Source: an uncultured Gemmatimonadota bacterium (GTDB taxonomy: Bacteria; GCA-2686955). Taken from it: DNA of 60,282 nt. The notes beneath the pieces were generated by a model that had not been told where the DNA came from, did not search any database, and saw nothing but the letters and a program-made list of their open reading frames with translations. Made by a program: the position numbers and the translations under genes. Positions 11,706 through 23,063 of this stretch are shown here, in pieces (positions within the stretch are counted from its first letter, which is position 1; every line of letters begins with the position of its first letter). Where the stretch lies: NCBI GenBank assembly GCA_964490075.1, contig CAZBBK010000035.1:1-60282 (forward strand), written 5' to 3'.

Positions 11706-12674
11706 TCAGAGCGCGGGCATCTCGCCGTGGTGCAAGAGCCGCAGCGAGACCCGCGCCCAGGCCAGGGGCAGCACGACATAAGGCAGCAGCGCCCCCCATC
11801 CGAGCGCGCCCACCAGCAGCACGGTGACCGCCAGCAGGGTGGGCATCTCGTGGCGGAAGAAGAGCTGCAGGAAGGCGCCGCGGTCTGCCGGCGGTGCCTG
11901 GACCAGGCCGTGGAAGGCGTGCAGCGCCGCGGCTTGGGTGAGCGCCAGGGCCAACGCGGCGGGCACGATTCGCCCGGAAGGCAGCAGCCAGACGCCCACC
12001 GCCGCCGCCACCAGGTGCAGAGCCCGGAGCGCCACGACGTAGCCGCGGAAGCTCGCCGTGGTCAGAACGCAGTCCCCCACCCGGCAGACCCCGAGCCGGA
12101 GCGCGGCGTTGGTGCCCCCCGCGGCCTGGTCCTGCTCCAGGTCTTTGAGGTGAGCCAGGGTGTTTTGCACCAGCAGCTGCACGGTCAGGAGTCCGGCCAC
12201 GATCCAGGCCAGGGGGGCGAGGGCACCGGCGGCCGCGCCGCCCGCCAGCACCAGCAGGCCCATGGTGATCGCCACCGACCAGTCGGCGAAGGCGACGCGC
12301 TTCGAGCAGCGGTTGTAGAGGAAGGCCGCGGCGACCGCGGCCATGGTGATCGCCGCCGCCGCGAGCGAGAGCGCCGCCATCAACGCGAGCGCCAGGGCCC
12401 ACGCCGCCCCGCAGGTCCAGGCCGCGGCCTGGGGCGAGACGCTGCCCGCCACCAGCGGCTTGGCGGCCAGGTCGGGGGCCAGCCGATCGACGTCGCGATC
12501 GCAGAGCTCGTTGTGGACGAAGCCGAAGACGTGGCAGCAGAGCCCGGCGCAGAAGAGCGCCGTGTCGCGACCGGGGGAGAAACCGGCCGACAGACTCGCC
12601 CCCATCACCGGCGCCAGGGCGGTCAGCGGCGCGGTCTGGAACCGCGCCAGTCGCAGGAAGGCGCGTGCCTGCAT
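11706..12674 (-). CDS. UbiA-family prenyltransferase
   Basis: HNELCDRDVDR..KPLVAG and HLKDLEQDQAAG Asp-rich motifs; multiple TM helices. Confidence 0.85.
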   Translation of the reverse strand: MQARAFLRLARFQTAPLTALAPVMGASLSAGFSPGRDTALFCAGLCCHVFGFVHNELCDRDVDRLAPDLAAKPLVAGSVSPQAAAWTCGAAWALALALMAALSLAAAAITMAAVAAAFLYNRCSKRVAFADWSVAITMGLLVLAGGAAAGALAPLAWIVAGLLTVQLLVQNTLAHLKDLEQDQAAGGTNAALRLGVCRVGDCVLTTASFRGYVVALRALHLVAAAVGVWLLPSGRIVPAALALALTQAAALHAFHGLVQAPPADRGAFLQLFFRHEMPTLLAVTVLLVGALGWGALLPYVVLPLAWARVSLRLLHHGEMPAL

Positions 12675-12708
12675 CGCTCACCAAACTCCGTCGCGCGAGG
12701 GCGCCGGG

Positions 12709-13734
12709 TCACTGGGATTCGGCTGGGGTCGGGTCGCACCGAGGGTAGCCGATCGGGTGCCCGTTGCCGGCCGGCTGAGCACCCTCTTCCTCCGCCCGGC
12801 CGCGCGGCGCCTGGTGGGCGCGGACGATTCCTTCGATGCCGCGGAAGTGGACCTGGCCGACCTCGGCGCCGGCCGCGTTCCGGCACAGCACCTGCGCCTG
12901 ATCGGAAGTCGGCAGCTGCACGTCGTAGGTCATCGTGTCGCCCGGGACCACCGGTGCCGACAGCCGCAGATCGACTTTCAAGCCGGCGTCGGCCGAGGGA
13001 TAGTGGAGCGGGAGCTCGAGCAGCAGGCAAACCCCCTGCCAGGCGGCTTCGATCTGCAAGGTACCGGGGTAGATGGCCCGCTCCGGGAAGTGACCGGCGA
13101 GCGCCCCGATTCCGGCCGAAATGCGTTTGCCGGCGAGCAGGCTGCTGCCCCGCTGCCAGCCGCGCACCATGTCGAGCGAGAGGTCGCGCTCGGCGCTCAG
13201 ACCGAGGCGGCGCCGGATGTCGTGGAAGTCGTGGGTGACATGGCGCGGAGCCCAGGGGTCTTCGTCGACCGGGGGCAGGATGAGCTCGCTGGGGAACACC
13301 TCGGTGTTCTCGAGATCGAACATGATCCAGGTGACGCGCAGCTCCAGCAGGGTGCGCTCGGCGCCGACCACGCGCGAGTCGCAGATCCCCCACTCGGGGC
13401 TCATACGTACGCTATGCCCGAACAGATCGATCCGCTCACCGGCCCGCGGCACGCCTCTGCACTTCGCCCGCAAGTGCTTGACCACGAAGGCATGGCGGCG
13501 ATCGAGGGCGAGCGCGCGGCCGAGCAGCAGCCCCTGCAGCGCCGCCTCGACGACCGCGCCCATCGGCAGCACGCGCTGCCCCGATGCGAGCTGCACCAGG
13601 CGCGGATCGCTGCCGGTGAAGTTGGCGACCGCGTGGCTGGTGCGATCCAGCTGGTAATCGAGCACTGCGTCTAGAAAGACGTAGGGCCGCCCCTGAGGCA
13701 ATCGGGCGAGCAGGTCGTTGAGCAGGTGGGTCAT
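12709..13734 (-). CDS. Double hotdog-fold FabA/FabZ-like dehydratase
   Basis: LPQGRPYVFLD, LAGHFPERAIYPGTLQIEAAWQ and PVVPGD in two hotdog-like halves. Confidence 0.7.
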   Translation of the reverse strand: MTHLLNDLLARLPQGRPYVFLDAVLDYQLDRTSHAVANFTGSDPRLVQLASGQRVLPMGAVVEAALQGLLLGRALALDRRHAFVVKHLRAKCRGVPRAGERIDLFGHSVRMSPEWGICDSRVVGAERTLLELRVTWIMFDLENTEVFPSELILPPVDEDPWAPRHVTHDFHDIRRRLGLSAERDLSLDMVRGWQRGSSLLAGKRISAGIGALAGHFPERAIYPGTLQIEAAWQGVCLLLELPLHYPSADAGLKVDLRLSAPVVPGDTMTYDVQLPTSDQAQVLCRNAAGAEVGQVHFRGIEGIVRAHQAPRGRAEEEGAQPAGNGHPIGYPRCDPTPAESQ

Positions 13735-13952
13735 CGAGTGGTGTCCATGGGCCGGACGATTCCCTGCGCCGCATCGGTCACGGACCGGAATGGTGGTTCC
13801 GTGCCCCCCCGGGGGGTGGCCGCCGTTGAGATAGGCGCTCACAGAATGTCATCGGTCGCTATGCTGCCGCACGTCAGGCAATCCACCGATTGTCGAGCGT
13901 GATACACCATTCTGGGCTTAAATCCGTGGACAACAACCAGGCAGCGCGCGTC

Positions 13953-15917
13953 ATGGCGGACTTCGCCTTGCGCCGCGGGGGCATCCGATCCTGGTGGCCG
14001 ACCCTGGTGTGCGCCGTGCTGGGACTCGGCGGTCAGCCGGCCGAAGCCGGGCCTTCGCCGGCGGCGGCGGCCGACATGGCCTTCATCCGCGGCTTCGAGG
14101 CGCTCCGCTACGGCGACCGCGAGGCGGCTCTGGAGCAGCTGCTTCGAGCCTGGTCGGGAGGACTTCGGAGCGCAGCCGCGGCACGCGTGTTGGGCGAAGC
14201 CGCGCTGCTCGACGGCCGCCCCGAGGCGGCGGTCGACCCCGTGCTGCGCGGCCTGGAGCTGAACTCGACCGACCGCGGGCTGGGGGTGGTCGCAGTGCAG
14301 GTCCTGGTGGCCGCGGGGCGGGCGGCCGACGCGGCGGCGATCGGAGCCGAGCTGTTGGGGCGCCCCGGCTGGACGGAGGAACCGGCGCTGGCGTTGGCGG
14401 TCGCCGGAGCAGCGCGGGTCGCGGGCGAGGGCGAAGCGGCCCGACGCCTGCTGGAACAGGCCGCCGCGAGCGAAGGGACCCGAGCACGGGCGTGGCTCGC
14501 CCTTGCGGAGCTGGCGCTCGAAGCAGGCTGCCGGGCGCGGGCGGACAGCCTCGTGGAGCTGGTGCGCGGACTCGATCCCAACGCCGAGATCGGCCGCGGC
14601 CTCGCCGAGCTGGATCGAGCCCTGGGCCACCACGACCGCGCCCGTGCCGAGCTCTCCGCGATTCTGCTGAGCGATCGCGCCGATGGCGCCGCGGCGATCG
14701 CTCTCGCCGCGCTGCTGGCCGACGCTGGACGCCACGATGCAGCGACGGCGGAGCTCGGCGCGACACTCGAAGCGGGTGCCGGGCAGCCGGTCGACCTGCT
14801 GGCGGCGCTGGCCGAGCACTACGCCGCCCGCGGCGCGTCCGAGCTCGCGGCGCAATGGGCCGACGCGGCGTTGACCGAGGCGAGAGGAAGGCCGACGCGG
14901 CGCCTGCGGGCGATTTCGGCACTGATCGAGATCGGACAGATCGAGAGAGCGCACCGCGGTCTGGTCGCCCTGGCGGCCGCCCTTCCCGGTGACCCGCGCC
15001 CCTGGTTGCGCCTGGCCGAAATCGAGCGAGCACTGGGTGGCTCGGGGGCGAGCAGACTCGGCGACGCCCTCCAGCGCCAGCCCGGCTCCGCCGCGATCAC
15101 GCTGCGCTACGCACGGGCGCTGCGCGAGGAAGGGGAGATCGGTGAGGCGCTGCGGCTGCTCGACGACAGGAGCTCCGATCAGGCGGTGCTGGAGCGGGTG
15201 CGCTCTCTGTTGAAGGTCGGATCGGCCGCGGCGGCTCTCGGGGAGCTGGAGGCCCTGCGGGCTTCCGCGGAATGCAACACGCCATGGGAGCCAGATCTGT
15301 GGAGCCTGAGGGCCCGTGCCCTGGCCGAAATCGGGGACGAGGACCAGGCGCGCGCCGCGGCGGGGCGGGCTTTGGCGGCGGCCGGCGATCGCTGGGAGAT
15401 CTTCGAGTCGGTCTCGATCACGATGCGCGTCCTGGGCGACGAAGAGGCGGAGCTGGCGACTCTGAGCGACGCCGCGCAGCGCTGCGGCGATGAGCCCGAT
15501 CTCTATCGTCGCCTCGCTCGGGCCTGGATCCGGCGCGCCGCGCCCGATTCCGCGCGACGTGCGCTCCATGCCGGGCGCGCGGCGCGGCCCGAAGATCTTG
15601 GCCTGGTCTTGATGCAGGCCGAGCTGGCGAAGGCGGAGCTGCGACCGCACCGGGCCGATGTCTATTACCGCAAGGTGGCCGACGCAGCCGAGGTGATGCT
15701 AGATGCCGAACTGGAACGGGCGCGGATTCTGCGTCGCATCGGCATCGCCGAGCTGGCGGCCGAAGCGGCCCGGCGTGCCACCGAGATCGATCCGGGCTGC
15801 CTGCTCTGCTGGGATGAGCTCTGGCAGATCCTGGCAGAGCTCGACCGATCCGGCGAGGCGGTGCGTGCGGCCGCCACCGCCGACTCCTTGCGGCGCGCCT
15901 CCCTCTCGGGTCGCTGA
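13953..15917 (+). CDS. Secreted TPR-repeat protein
   Basis: Signal-peptide-like segment followed by Ala/Leu/Arg-rich helical repeats (LDPNAEI, PGDPRPWLRLAEI, EIDPGC). Confidence 0.72.
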   Translation: MADFALRRGGIRSWWPTLVCAVLGLGGQPAEAGPSPAAAADMAFIRGFEALRYGDREAALEQLLRAWSGGLRSAAAARVLGEAALLDGRPEAAVDPVLRGLELNSTDRGLGVVAVQVLVAAGRAADAAAIGAELLGRPGWTEEPALALAVAGAARVAGEGEAARRLLEQAAASEGTRARAWLALAELALEAGCRARADSLVELVRGLDPNAEIGRGLAELDRALGHHDRARAELSAILLSDRADGAAAIALAALLADAGRHDAATAELGATLEAGAGQPVDLLAALAEHYAARGASELAAQWADAALTEARGRPTRRLRAISALIEIGQIERAHRGLVALAAALPGDPRPWLRLAEIERALGGSGASRLGDALQRQPGSAAITLRYARALREEGEIGEALRLLDDRSSDQAVLERVRSLLKVGSAAAALGELEALRASAECNTPWEPDLWSLRARALAEIGDEDQARAAAGRALAAAGDRWEIFESVSITMRVLGDEEAELATLSDAAQRCGDEPDLYRRLARAWIRRAAPDSARRALHAGRAARPEDLGLVLMQAELAKAELRPHRADVYYRKVADAAEVMLDAELERARILRRIGIAELAAEAARRATEIDPGCLLCWDELWQILAELDRSGEAVRAAATADSLRRASLSGR

Positions 15918-15945
15918 GGACCGCGCGCGCACCCACCGGCGACGC

Positions 15946-15978
15946 AAAAGGCCCCGGAAACCAGGTTCCCGGGGCCTT
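15946..15978 (-). terminator. Rho-independent terminator after groEL
   Basis: AAGGCCCCGG-N11-CCGGGGCCTT stem with a T-run at its 3' end on the minus strand. Confidence 0.8.
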
Positions 15979-16006
15979 CGGCAGAGAAAAGGGACCGCGG
16001 AGGGGA

Positions 16007-18066
<2,060 letters not shown>

Positions 18067-18224
18067 TTCTGTCGATCCTCCCGCCGCTCGCTCGGCGGCG
18101 TTTTGTGCTCGTCTCGCAGGGGTCCGGCGCCGATCTTGGTTGCAATCGGTGCGCACGGAACCCCATGCCAGGGTGTGTCGATCGATGGCCGATCGCCTGG
18201 CAGTCGTTCATTGCGAGGGGCATT

Positions 18225-18240
18225 TGCAAGCCCCGTACCA
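18225..18240 (-). promoter_or_regulatory. Sigma54 (-24/-12) promoter motif upstream of groES-groEL
   Basis: Minus strand TGGTACGGGGCTTGCA is GG-N10-GC and close to the consensus TGGCACG-N4-TTGCW; about 160 bp upstream of groES. Confidence 0.7.
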
Positions 18241-18344
18241 TCGCATTAGCCATTTGTTTTCAACGGGTTTCGCTCAGCATGCCCGGTGCCGTGCTGCCAT
18301 TATGGCAGTCTCGCCCCGGCGGCGGCTGACAACTCGGCGGTCCC

Positions 18345-19715
18345 TCAGGGATGCGAGCGTGGCGCGCGCAGCGCCCCCAAGAGCTCTCCGGCGCCGGCCG
18401 CCAGGTCGATCAGCTCTCGGGGGCGGCGCAGGGCCGAGACCAGGTGGCGGGCCAGCAACGAAGGGCGCAGGTAGAACGAGGCCAGGGCCCGGCGGCGCAC
18501 CCGCCAGCCCGCGCGCGGGTCGGCCGCCGGCATCGCGGATTCGCCTTGCGCGCGCAGCACGGAATCGCCGAGCTTGGTTCCGAGTCGATGCTCGAAGAGA
18601 TTGAAGGAGGCATAGTCGAGCGGCAGCGCTCGCGCCAACCGGATGGTCTCGGAATCGTCGCTCGGGTCGCCCTGCGGCAGAGCGAGCATGAAGTGTCCGA
18701 GCGTCTCGATTCCAAGCGCGCGGCACCGCCGCAACAGCGTTTCCGTACGCTCGGCGGCGTGGCGCTTGCCGTGGCGCGCCATGGCGTCGTCGCCCATCTC
18801 GATGCCGAACTGGATCAGAGAGCAGCCGGCGTCGCGCATCTCTTCCAGCAACACCTCGTCGACCGAATCGAGACGCGCCCAGCAGTTCCATACGAAAGAT
18901 GCGTCGATCTCGCGAAATGCGTCGCAGACGCCCGACGCGTGCGCGCGATCGAGTCCGAAGGTGGCATCCCGCACGAAGACCCGGTGCATTCCCAGACCGC
19001 GGCTCAGCTGGTGCAGCTCGGCACGGAGGTTGTCCAGATCTCTGAGCTTCGCCCCCAGCCGCGTGGCGTGACAGAAGGTGCACGACGCCACGCATCCGTA
19101 GGAGCTCAAGAGCGACGCGAATGGGCGGCGTCCACGGAAGGGCAGTCGATAACGCTGGAGTGGAAAAAGGTCATGGCGCGGCGGCGGATAGCCGAAGCGA
19201 TCCCCGCGATCCTTCGGTCCCGCCTCCAGCGAGCCGTCCGGCCTGCGAACGACGATATTGGGCGGGGGTGGGGCCTGCGGCTCCAGCAAGAACTGCAACA
19301 GGTCGCGAGTCACGAAGTCGCGCATGACGCAGTCCAGCCAGGGAATCGACGTGAATGCCCGCTCGCCGTCGAAGCGCAGGTAGTCGCCCGATCCGACCAT
19401 CAGCGCCCCGGTCTCTGCGGCGATTCGCTCCAGCAGCGGAAGCTCCTCCGCTCGCGACCGACTTCCCGACAAGAAGAGCACGACATTGGGCCGAATGTCG
19501 CGGGTTCGCCGCAACACCTGGTCGGCGTCGAGGTTTTCGGCCGTAGCATCGACCACGCGCACATCGAAGTGCTCGGCGAGGATCCCGCTCTGCAGCAGCA
19601 GATCGAGGGGGTGGGGATAGTAGGCTCGCTTCGCTTCGGTGGAGCAGTAGCAGTCGCGAATCCACGCCTTCTCGCCCGGCGGATTCAGGAGCAGAACAAC
19701 ACCTTCGGCCGGCAT
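18345..19715 (-). CDS. B12-binding radical SAM protein
   Basis: N-terminal LLLNPP cobalamin-binding-like domain; SYGCVASCTFC motif; QFGIEMG. Confidence 0.88.
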   Translation of the reverse strand: MPAEGVVLLLNPPGEKAWIRDCYCSTEAKRAYYPHPLDLLLQSGILAEHFDVRVVDATAENLDADQVLRRTRDIRPNVVLFLSGSRSRAEELPLLERIAAETGALMVGSGDYLRFDGERAFTSIPWLDCVMRDFVTRDLLQFLLEPQAPPPPNIVVRRPDGSLEAGPKDRGDRFGYPPPRHDLFPLQRYRLPFRGRRPFASLLSSYGCVASCTFCHATRLGAKLRDLDNLRAELHQLSRGLGMHRVFVRDATFGLDRAHASGVCDAFREIDASFVWNCWARLDSVDEVLLEEMRDAGCSLIQFGIEMGDDAMARHGKRHAAERTETLLRRCRALGIETLGHFMLALPQGDPSDDSETIRLARALPLDYASFNLFEHRLGTKLGDSVLRAQGESAMPAADPRAGWRVRRRALASFYLRPSLLARHLVSALRRPRELIDLAAGAGELLGALRAPRSHP

Positions 19716-19716
19716 T

Positions 19717-21240
19717 TCAACTGCGCATCCGCCGCCCGAGGATGAGTGTCGTTCCGATCACCTCTCGGAGCGTGTAGCTCTCGCTCAGCGCCACCAACAG
19801 ACCCTCGGCATAGTGGGTCATCCTCTGCTCAGGCGCGCGCCGCTCGTCGAGCATCGAGATCGGCTCATCCAGCAACACCAGCGGCGCGCCCGACGCGACG
19901 ATCCGCCGCGCCAGCTCTTGCTCGGCCTGGGGATCGGGGAGGATCGCGGAGTAGCCCTGGTGCCCGAGGAAGTCAAAAGGGGTGGGATTGCGGCGGTCCG
20001 AGAAGGGGTAGTAGAGGGCCGCCATCGGGAACACGAAGACCGCGTCGCCGTCTTCGGTCGCCGTGTCGATCGACTCCAGAACCGCACCGATCTGGCGCGC
20101 CCGGCCGGGTGTCGCGCGCACCTCTCCCACAGCGGTCTCGACCGGAGCGGTCATGCGGGTCAGATGGAGGGTCGTGGCGCCGGTCGCCAGATCGTCGCAG
20201 ACGCCCAGTTGAAAGACCAGGTAGCCGGCGACCGCCGCCATTGCGGCGAAGCCGGCGAGTCGCTTCGCCCCACCCGCGGCGAAGCCCCGCCCCGCGGTCA
20301 CGATCGTCGCCAGCAGAGCCAGCGGCAGCGCCTGCACCAGGTGGCCGAAGTTGGAGTACCACCACACGACCTGCAGCATGGCCAGCGCGATCAGTGCCAG
20401 CAGCGCGTGCGCCAGGGAGCGACGCAGCAGCGCCCACAGCAACAGTATTCCCGCGACGGCGAATGGCCAGTAGTAGAAGGAACGTTCCAGCGCGGCGCCA
20501 AACCGGCCCGCGGCGATACTCGTCGCGACACCCGCCAGAGCGGGGTAGGGCGTCGCCGCCCGCAGCTCCGGCGGAGCCGAGGTCATTGCCAGCGGAATCT
20601 CCAGAAAGCGCATCGGAGACACGCCGATGAGGGCGTGCACCGCCCCGAAGAGCGCGAGCGAGACCAGCGCCACCAGGCCGACGCGCCCGGCGCGGACCCA
20701 GAGCGTCGCCGGCGCCACCGCCACGACCCCCACCGCCGCCAGCGCCGCCAGCCCGCCGATGTCATGACGCAGCAGGCAGCCGGAGCCGATGATCGCGGCA
20801 AGTGCCACCAGCCGCCGCGTCGTCGGTCGCTCGATCCAGCGCAGCCCGGCCCAGAGAACCGCCAGCGGCACCAGCGCCAGCGACGATTTGTGCCAGTGCC
20901 CGGGCACCAAGATCAGGGGGCCGATGCCGAGCACAGCCAAGGCCGGCGAGACGAAACGCCGCGCCACGCTCCACGCCAGGGCGGCGGCCAGGCAGCGTAG
21001 CGCCAGCCACAGTCCGCGGTAGGCGATCCAGCTCCCCTTGCCGATCGCCAACGCTCCGGCCACCAGGTAGAACTCACCGGGCGGGTAGATCACCGGGAAG
21101 TCGCGGCTCGGCACCTGCCCGGCCAAAATGCGCGTGGCCGCGCCCCAGAGCACGCCGTCGTCGTTCAGTACCGCGCCGCAACGGATCGCCGGCAGCAGCC
21201 AGAGCGCGCAAACCAGTGCGGCGGCGATACCCGCTCTCAT
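19717..21240 (-). CDS. Polytopic membrane protein, GT-C/ArnT-like glycosyltransferase candidate
   Basis: NDDG..RILAGQVPSRDFPVIYPPG in the first loop; many TM helices; ATG overlaps the upstream stop (TGATG). Confidence 0.65.
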   Translation of the reverse strand: MRAGIAAALVCALWLLPAIRCGAVLNDDGVLWGAATRILAGQVPSRDFPVIYPPGEFYLVAGALAIGKGSWIAYRGLWLALRCLAAALAWSVARRFVSPALAVLGIGPLILVPGHWHKSSLALVPLAVLWAGLRWIERPTTRRLVALAAIIGSGCLLRHDIGGLAALAAVGVVAVAPATLWVRAGRVGLVALVSLALFGAVHALIGVSPMRFLEIPLAMTSAPPELRAATPYPALAGVATSIAAGRFGAALERSFYYWPFAVAGILLLWALLRRSLAHALLALIALAMLQVVWWYSNFGHLVQALPLALLATIVTAGRGFAAGGAKRLAGFAAMAAVAGYLVFQLGVCDDLATGATTLHLTRMTAPVETAVGEVRATPGRARQIGAVLESIDTATEDGDAVFVFPMAALYYPFSDRRNPTPFDFLGHQGYSAILPDPQAEQELARRIVASGAPLVLLDEPISMLDERRAPEQRMTHYAEGLLVALSESYTLREVIGTTLILGRRMRS

Positions 21241-22823
21241 CAGGCGTTGTACCAGCCGGGCTTCCAGAGCTTGTTGGCCGCCGCGAATCCCTCGAACTGC
21301 TTCTGACCGCGCATCGACATCGCCAGATCGCGCAGCACCACCCGTCCGATGGCATAGGTGAACCAACGGTGCAGGCGGCGGCGGATCGGGTGTGGGGACA
21401 ACATTCTGGAGAAGTAGCGCAGCGGCCGTTTCGAAACGAAGTTCTGCTGGCACCACTGAGTGTGCCGGGAGATCTCCTCGCGCGACAGGTGCTCGGTCGC
21501 CATGACCGGGTAGAACATGTCGTAGTTCTCGTAGTCCTGCTCTTCGATCCAGCCCTCGGTGCGCGCTTCGGCCCACATCGGCGTGCCGGGGAAGGGCGTG
21601 ATCGGGTGAAAGGCGGCGAAGTCGACGTCACATTCGTGGGCATAGCTCAGCAGCGCCCGAATCGACTCCGCGGTGTCGCGCCTGAGCCCGGTGATGAAGG
21701 TGCCCTGCCGGAAAACCTCCGGATAATGGTCGCGCAGCACGTTGAACGCCTGCTTGACGATGTCGTGCGAGTAGTTGGTCTTCTTCAGGTAGTCGAAGTC
21801 GATGGTCTCGGAGCGCTCCGCCCCCAGCAGCACATGGCGCAGACCGGCGCGGGCCATCAGCTTCAAGACACCTTTTTCGTGCTGGCGCACCAACCCATCG
21901 GCGCGCGTGAAGGCCCACCAGCCGAGTTTGTAGTCGCGGCGGATGATCTCTTCACAGAACTCCGCCAGCCAGCGCTCGTCGACGTTCCAGGTCGCGTCGA
22001 CCCAAAACAGGTAACGGATTCCGTACTTCTCGTAGAGCAGCTCCACCTCTTCGATGGTGCGCTCCACGCTCTTGGTCCGGTAGAACTTGGTGTGGACGAA
22101 CTTGCCGTCTTTGAGCTCGTGCGATCCCTCCTGAACCCACCAGGAGCAGAAGCTGCACTCGTCGATACAGCCCCGCGAACGCTGAATCGTCACCGCCCGT
22201 GGCCACAGGTTGCCGAAGGGGGCGTAGAGGTGCAGGTTCGAGAGATCGTAGGCGGGAATGGGCAGGGTATCGAGATCCTCGATCGTCGGCCGCGCGGGCG
22301 TCACCACGATGCGCTCGCCGTCGCGATAACAGATCCCCTTTACAGCCGAGACGTCGCCGTCCTCGCGCAGGGTCTCGAGCAGCTCGGTGAGCGTGATCTC
22401 GCCTTCGAAGAGACCGATGAAGTCGAGGGCCGAGCACTGCTCCATGGTCCACTCGGGGAGGTTGGAGTACATGTGCCCGCCGCCGATGGTGACCATGTTG
22501 GGGTCGATCGACTTGGCCAGCTCGAAGGCCTTCAGCCCCTCCTTGTAGTAGATCGTCTTCTCGCCCACGCAGAGCACGTCGGGCTTGCGCTCTTCGATCA
22601 CGCTGCGCAGCGACGCCCAGCCGGTGCGCGTCGCGCAGCAGTCGTAGAGCTCGAGCTCGACCCCGGGCAGGTGCACCCGCAGCCAAGCGGCGAGCGCCGG
22701 GTAACCCAGAGGCAGCAGGAAGTTGTCGGACTCGTTCAGAATCGGCCAGAAATGCCGCGGCGGACGCAGGAAGAGCACGCGGATCCGGTCCTTGCCGGCG
22801 AGTGGATTGGAAGCGACTGCCAA
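21240..22823 (-). CDS. B12-binding radical SAM protein (BchE-like)
   Basis: PLGYPALAA, GGGH, EGEIT, SRGCIDECSFC, TPFPGTPMW. Confidence 0.93.
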   Translation of the reverse strand: MAVASNPLAGKDRIRVLFLRPPRHFWPILNESDNFLLPLGYPALAAWLRVHLPGVELELYDCCATRTGWASLRSVIEERKPDVLCVGEKTIYYKEGLKAFELAKSIDPNMVTIGGGHMYSNLPEWTMEQCSALDFIGLFEGEITLTELLETLREDGDVSAVKGICYRDGERIVVTPARPTIEDLDTLPIPAYDLSNLHLYAPFGNLWPRAVTIQRSRGCIDECSFCSWWVQEGSHELKDGKFVHTKFYRTKSVERTIEEVELLYEKYGIRYLFWVDATWNVDERWLAEFCEEIIRRDYKLGWWAFTRADGLVRQHEKGVLKLMARAGLRHVLLGAERSETIDFDYLKKTNYSHDIVKQAFNVLRDHYPEVFRQGTFITGLRRDTAESIRALLSYAHECDVDFAAFHPITPFPGTPMWAEARTEGWIEEQDYENYDMFYPVMATEHLSREEISRHTQWCQQNFVSKRPLRYFSRMLSPHPIRRRLHRWFTYAIGRVVLRDLAMSMRGQKQFEGFAAANKLWKPGWYNA

Positions 22824-23063
22824 GCGATCCTCCTGACGTTGCGCAACGCCCGGTTTCTCAATGGTTTACCACCGAAACCCGGAAGGCGTCAAGGGCGGAG
22901 GCAGCCCCGCTCTCCTGCCATCATAGGGTGGGATGGGGCAGGTGACGAGGGTGGTCCGTCACCCTCCGGGCGCCGAGGAAGTGCGCGGGTCGCCTCGATG
23001 ACAACAGCCCCGCGGCGTGGTGATATCGTGGCCTCCGCCACCCCCCCCCACGGGAAGAACCCC

